Shown here in pieces: positions 59,765-64,000 of a stretch of 64,000 nucleotides of DNA. The first letter of the stretch is position 1; each line of letters starts with the position of its first letter. This stretch comes from Selaginella moellendorffii. Lineage: Eukaryota > Plantae > Lycopodiophyta. Below the pieces are notes generated by a model, which was not told where the DNA came from, searched no databases, and worked only from the letters and a program-made list of their open reading frames with translations. Location: contig NW_003314283.1 in assembly GCF_000143415.4 (NCBI RefSeq), positions 1,863,228-1,927,227 of the forward strand, read 5' to 3'. Position numbers and translations under genes: made by a program.

Positions 59765-60784
59765 AGCAGACTGGAACCATCTAGGAATATGTGAATGGGT
59801 TCATGGCAAAGAGGATACTTGTCACGGACATGGGGGATATGGATGCGTTCCATGCCTTTATATCAGGTTTGCAAACCTGGGCTCGCGGTGAGGTGATGCG
59901 CTGGAACCCGACCAACTACAAGGAAGCGTTGGATGCGGCCATCAAGGTGCATTTCAACGATAACCTGCGAAAGGAGAACACGACGGGGTCGGGATCCACG
60001 TTTAGCAAAGGCCAAACCAAGGGGAATGTATAGCAGGGGGAAATTCAAGAAGAGTTTCTCTAAGAATGAGTCCTCGGGGTTCCAGAAAGGCAAATCCAGT
60101 GGCCAGCGAGCAAGTACATGGGGGAGTCAAGCAAAAAAAGACAAACCCACGGATAAGAAGGTCAAGTCATATAGCAGCGTGGAAAACAACGTATGCTACA
60201 ACTGCGGTGAAGCAAGACACTTTTCGAGGGAATGTCCCTACCCGAAGAAGACCAGAGCCAATATGGCCATCAAGTCGGGTGAAGTCCAAACTGAGGTATG
60301 TGATCTAGTCCCTAACTCAAAGTTACTCATTACACGAGCAACTTTGGTAGAGAGTCGTTCGCGACATCCACTAGCCCTCCGAGGGAAGCTCGGAGGTAGC
60401 TTTGTTAAGATCCTTATTGACACGGGTGCTTTGGATAATTTTGTGGCTGCAGACATAGTCTGGCAAGCCGGACTAACGGTGCAGCGGCTAGGCGAACCAA
60501 GGACTATAGAGTTTGTTCAAGGTAGCCAAAGCACCGATGAGGTACTTCGACAAGCGAGAGTCGAAGTAGGGACATGGAAAGTAGATATGGATTTTACCGT
60601 GTTGGACATGGCGGGATTTGACGTGATCTTCGGAATGGATTGGTTCAATCGGTTTGTGGTAGCCCTACATGGACAAGGTAGGAACCTTGTGGTACTGGCG
60701 AATGCCCAAGGAAGAAGATCTAGGGTGGAGGTCGAGGAACCAATTTTGAAGGGACTCTCCAGTTGGGCTTCCAAACCGACTTGA
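59765..60784 (+). pseudogene. Ty3/gypsy gag C-terminus, zinc knuckle and protease (different family)
   Basis: FISGL, CYNCGEARHFSRECP, ILIDTGA, DVIFGMDWF; frameshift near 60030. Confidence 0.85.
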
Positions 60785-61119
60785 GGTTGAGACTGGGACC
60801 GAGGGGCCTTGGGTGGGAGTGAGCATGGACTTGGCTGGTGCCGGAGGGGCCATCCAAGGAAGTGCTCAAGAGCAGCTCCCACTCCCGAAAGGGAAACCGA
60901 TTGCATCCCAGACGAAGGTATCCACGGTGGGACTGCGGTACGGGTGGATAACTAGTTACCTCACATGAAATAGCTAGTCTACATAATGGAAGGATTGGTA
61001 GATTGAGTGCGGAAATGGAGGTGTTGGTTCCCCTTGGCTCAGTAGGGGTTGCTAGTCAATGGTCAATGAGGACATTGACATCTCTAAAGGGGGGGTGAGT
61101 GTAGCGCATCTATGATCTT

Positions 61120-62436
61120 CACTCCAGGACTTGGGACTTGCTAGCCCCGAGAATGGCATCCATGCCACTCAACATTTGCACTTGGTCCAAGTGCTCCACA
61201 TGTCCGATCCCATTATCGACACTCAAAGGTACCACCGACATGGCAGCCTGTTACGCTAAGGCCCTGCCCAATCACCTTTGCCACACTGGTAGTCCAATAC
61301 CACTTGCATCACAGTCTTGGCTCTCCAAGACTAGGCAAACCATCCATGAGTGGTCATCTCAGATCCACTCCTTAGCATCCTTAGGATGCCCACCGACAAA
61401 GGGACTAGCCTTCCCCAATATCCCTCTGTCAGTCCCCACTAAGTTCCTTTCTGCCCTTGGCCGTGTTTGCCAACACTGCCACTGGATCGAGGCCCACAGG
61501 CCCAACCACTAAGTCCCACGGTCCCCTGGGACTTCCTCACCACATGACTGTGTCCTTGGTCAGTACCCTCGAGGACTGCTCCTCTTCCTTTCCACAGNNN
61601 NNNNNNNNNNNNNNNNNNNNNNNNNNNNNNNNNNNNNNNNNNNNNNNNNNNNNNNNNNNNNNNNNNNNNNNNNNNNNNNNNNNNNNNNNNNNNNNNNNNN
61701 NNNNNNNNNNNNNNNNNNNNNNNNNNNNNNNNNNNNNNNNNNNNNNNNNNNNNNNNNNNNNNNNNNNNNNNNNNNNNNNNNNNNNNNNNNNNNNNNNNNN
61801 NNNNNNNNNNNNNNNNNNNNNNNNNNNNNNNNNNNNNNNNNNNNNNNNNNNNNNNNNNNNNNNNNNNNNNNNNNNNNNNNNNNNNNNNNNNNNNNNNNNN
61901 NNNNNNNNNNNNNNNNNNNNNNNNNNNNNNNNNNNNNNNNNNNNNNNNNNNNNNNNNNNNNNNNNNNNNNNNNNNNNNNNNNNNNNNNNNNNNNGCCCCC
62001 CCCCCCCCCCCCCCTGGGGGACGATCGCTTTGGGCTTTCACCCAACTGCCTATATTAGTATTCGGACTCGGACTCGGACTCGGACTCGGACTCGGACTGG
62101 GTCTCGGTCCCGGATTCGGACTCGGACTCGGTCTCGGTCTCGGTCTAGGTCCTAGAGTCGGTCTTGGACTTGATCTTCGACTTGGTCCCATCCGATGAAC
62201 TCTTTGTCATTTTGGTCATGCTTTCCTTTAGCCTACGACACCTCGGCGAGTTGGTTCCTTACATCTTGCATCACAGTCTTGGCTCTCCAAGACTAGGCAA
62301 TCCCTCCGTGAGTGGTCATCTCAGATCCACTCCTTAGCATCCTTAGGATGCCCACCGGCAAGGGGAATAGCCTTCCCCAATATCCCTCTGTCAGTCTCCA
62401 CTAAGTCCCTTTTTGCCCCTGGCCGGGTTTGCCAAT
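61120..62436 (-). mobile_element. LTR-C fragments spanning an assembly gap
   Basis: Reverse complement of the 16400-17410 region; CGGACT hexamer array 62062-62150. Confidence 0.7.
61598..61994. other. Assembly gap
   Basis: Run of N. Confidence 1.
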
Positions 62437-62958
62437 AGGTACTAGGTCTTCCAGACCTTTAACTTATTAACTACGACCCCGGGGGCATCCCCCACACTTG
62501 GCGGTGCGCCCAAGCCAGCCCTTCCGGCCAAGGGTCCATAGCAACTGAGACTGGGTGTCCCCATCTCATTCACCACGTCCTTGGTGCCACTGGCACCAAA
62601 GTGTTCAAGTTAGATATGCTGAGCCACACTAAGCAATCTAAGGTATCCACCGTGGGACTGCGGTACGGGTGGATGACTAGTTGCCTCACATGGAATAGCT
62701 GGTCTACACAATGGAAGGATTGGTAGCTTGAGTGCAGAAATGGAAGTGCTGGTTCCCCTTGGCTCAGTAAGGGTTGTTAGTCAATAGTCAATGAGGACAT
62801 TGACATCTCTGGAAGGGGGGTGAGTGTAACGCATGTGATCATGGGATGAGATTTGGATATACTGTCATTGTGGATCCTTGGAACCTTGGGGGATAAATGG
62901 GGATAAAATAGCCATTAAGAGCTCTCACATCAAGAAATTGCCCCTTTTCCAGTTGGCT

Positions 62959-64000
62959 TGTAGAACTGAGGGAATATTCCATTTGCCGCCACGTCAGTAT
63001 TAGGGTCACGACCATTGGGGACACTTAAGGGGGAAAAAACAGGGGATCAAATATATGTGTGAGGAAGTGAAGAAGAGAATAAAGGAAAAAGGATGCCTCA
63101 ACGAAGAGGTCCTCGGCGAAGCGCCCTTGATCGTGTGAACGAGCGACTTCGGATACGACGAGAAGCAAGAGAACGAGCCACTATGAGCATACCCTGTCCT
63201 CACTGTGGGCAGCGGTTCTATTTTAGAGCAAACTCCTAGATATTCCCTGGGGTGTCTTCACTGGTGCACTGCCCAAACCCATTCTTCAATAAACCTACAG
63301 AGTTCGAGCGAGGAGAGCCGAACCAAGTAGTGTCATTGAACAATTGGGACTAGACAGCAGCACAATCGTTTAGTTAAAATCTTGCTGGATTCCGAGCGGG
63401 AGGAGCAAATCCGACGCCAGCAGGACGAGCGGGCAGCCCGCTACGCACGACGTCAGGCGCTTTCTACGCCACTTTCGTCTCCTCGCATAAGACCCTCGTC
63501 ACCAAGCGAGGAGCCTTCTTCCCCACCAGATCTTGACGAGGAAGTTTGGGGCGAGTACCAATCGTCCCCACCACCAGCCCCTCCTCCACCCATCTCAGTT
63601 TCTATTCCTCCAAGAATGAGTGGCGCTGGCGGATCCGGAGGTGCACCACCGCCGCCGCCGCCGCCAATTCCTCCTCTGCCAGGACGGCATTTTACACGCA
63701 TGAGGTATCCTTCTTTCTCGCCCATCGCGGGCAATGATGCGGACGCACATCTCAATTCCTTTGAGACTGTTGGCATCGCCAACCAAGAAGCCGATGAAGC
63801 CGATCGCCTTCGGTTCTTCCCTGCTACACTCCAAGACGCTGCTCTGGAGTGGATCTCCAAGCCCAGCATTCTGCACCAGCCAGTATTGCGACCTGGGACC
63901 TGCTTCGATCAGCCTTTCTCGCTGCTTTCCGACCCGTGGGATTCGCACAGCGAGTTAGTGAGGTACTAACTACATTCGATTGCTACCAAACGAAAGCTTA
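62959..64000 (+). mobile_element. 5' part of another Ty3/gypsy element (candidate LTR 62959-63299, Pro-rich gag)
   Basis: TGTAG...AATAAACCTACA; gag-like YPSFS..DADAHLNSF..RLRFFPATLQDAALEW. Confidence 0.6.

Noticed and set aside
61439-62191. ORFs across N run
   Set aside because: Artefacts of the assembly gap.

Overview
Repeat-dense plant nuclear DNA. TTTAGGG telomere motifs, plant-type 25S/5S rRNA sequence and very short (47-57 nt) GT-AG introns suggest a compact-intron non-seed plant such as a lycophyte; this assignment is inference. The window is mostly nested retroelements: a short-LTR Ty3/gypsy family (LTR-A, 233 bp), its apparent non-autonomous partner TRIM-B (104-bp LTR), a 5S-rRNA-carrying Cassandra-type TRIM in tandem array, a third TRIM, a 1.6-kb solo LTR and two L1-like LINE families. 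It also holds decayed putative DNA-transposon relics with beta-class N4/N6 DNA-methyltransferase-like, FCP1/HAD and SWIM genes, one apparently intact Crinkler-type REase+kinase gene, and an orphan 25S rDNA/spacer fragment in a patchwork with interstitial telomeric repeats. The strongest unexplained signal is three TSD-bounded TRIM-B/Ty3 chimeric insertions plus a fourth older chimeric junction. One is joined at both internal junctions through the shared tRNA-iMet PBS, which suggests co-packaged cDNAs are concatenated and integrated as one unit. All calls are by eye; no database searches were run.
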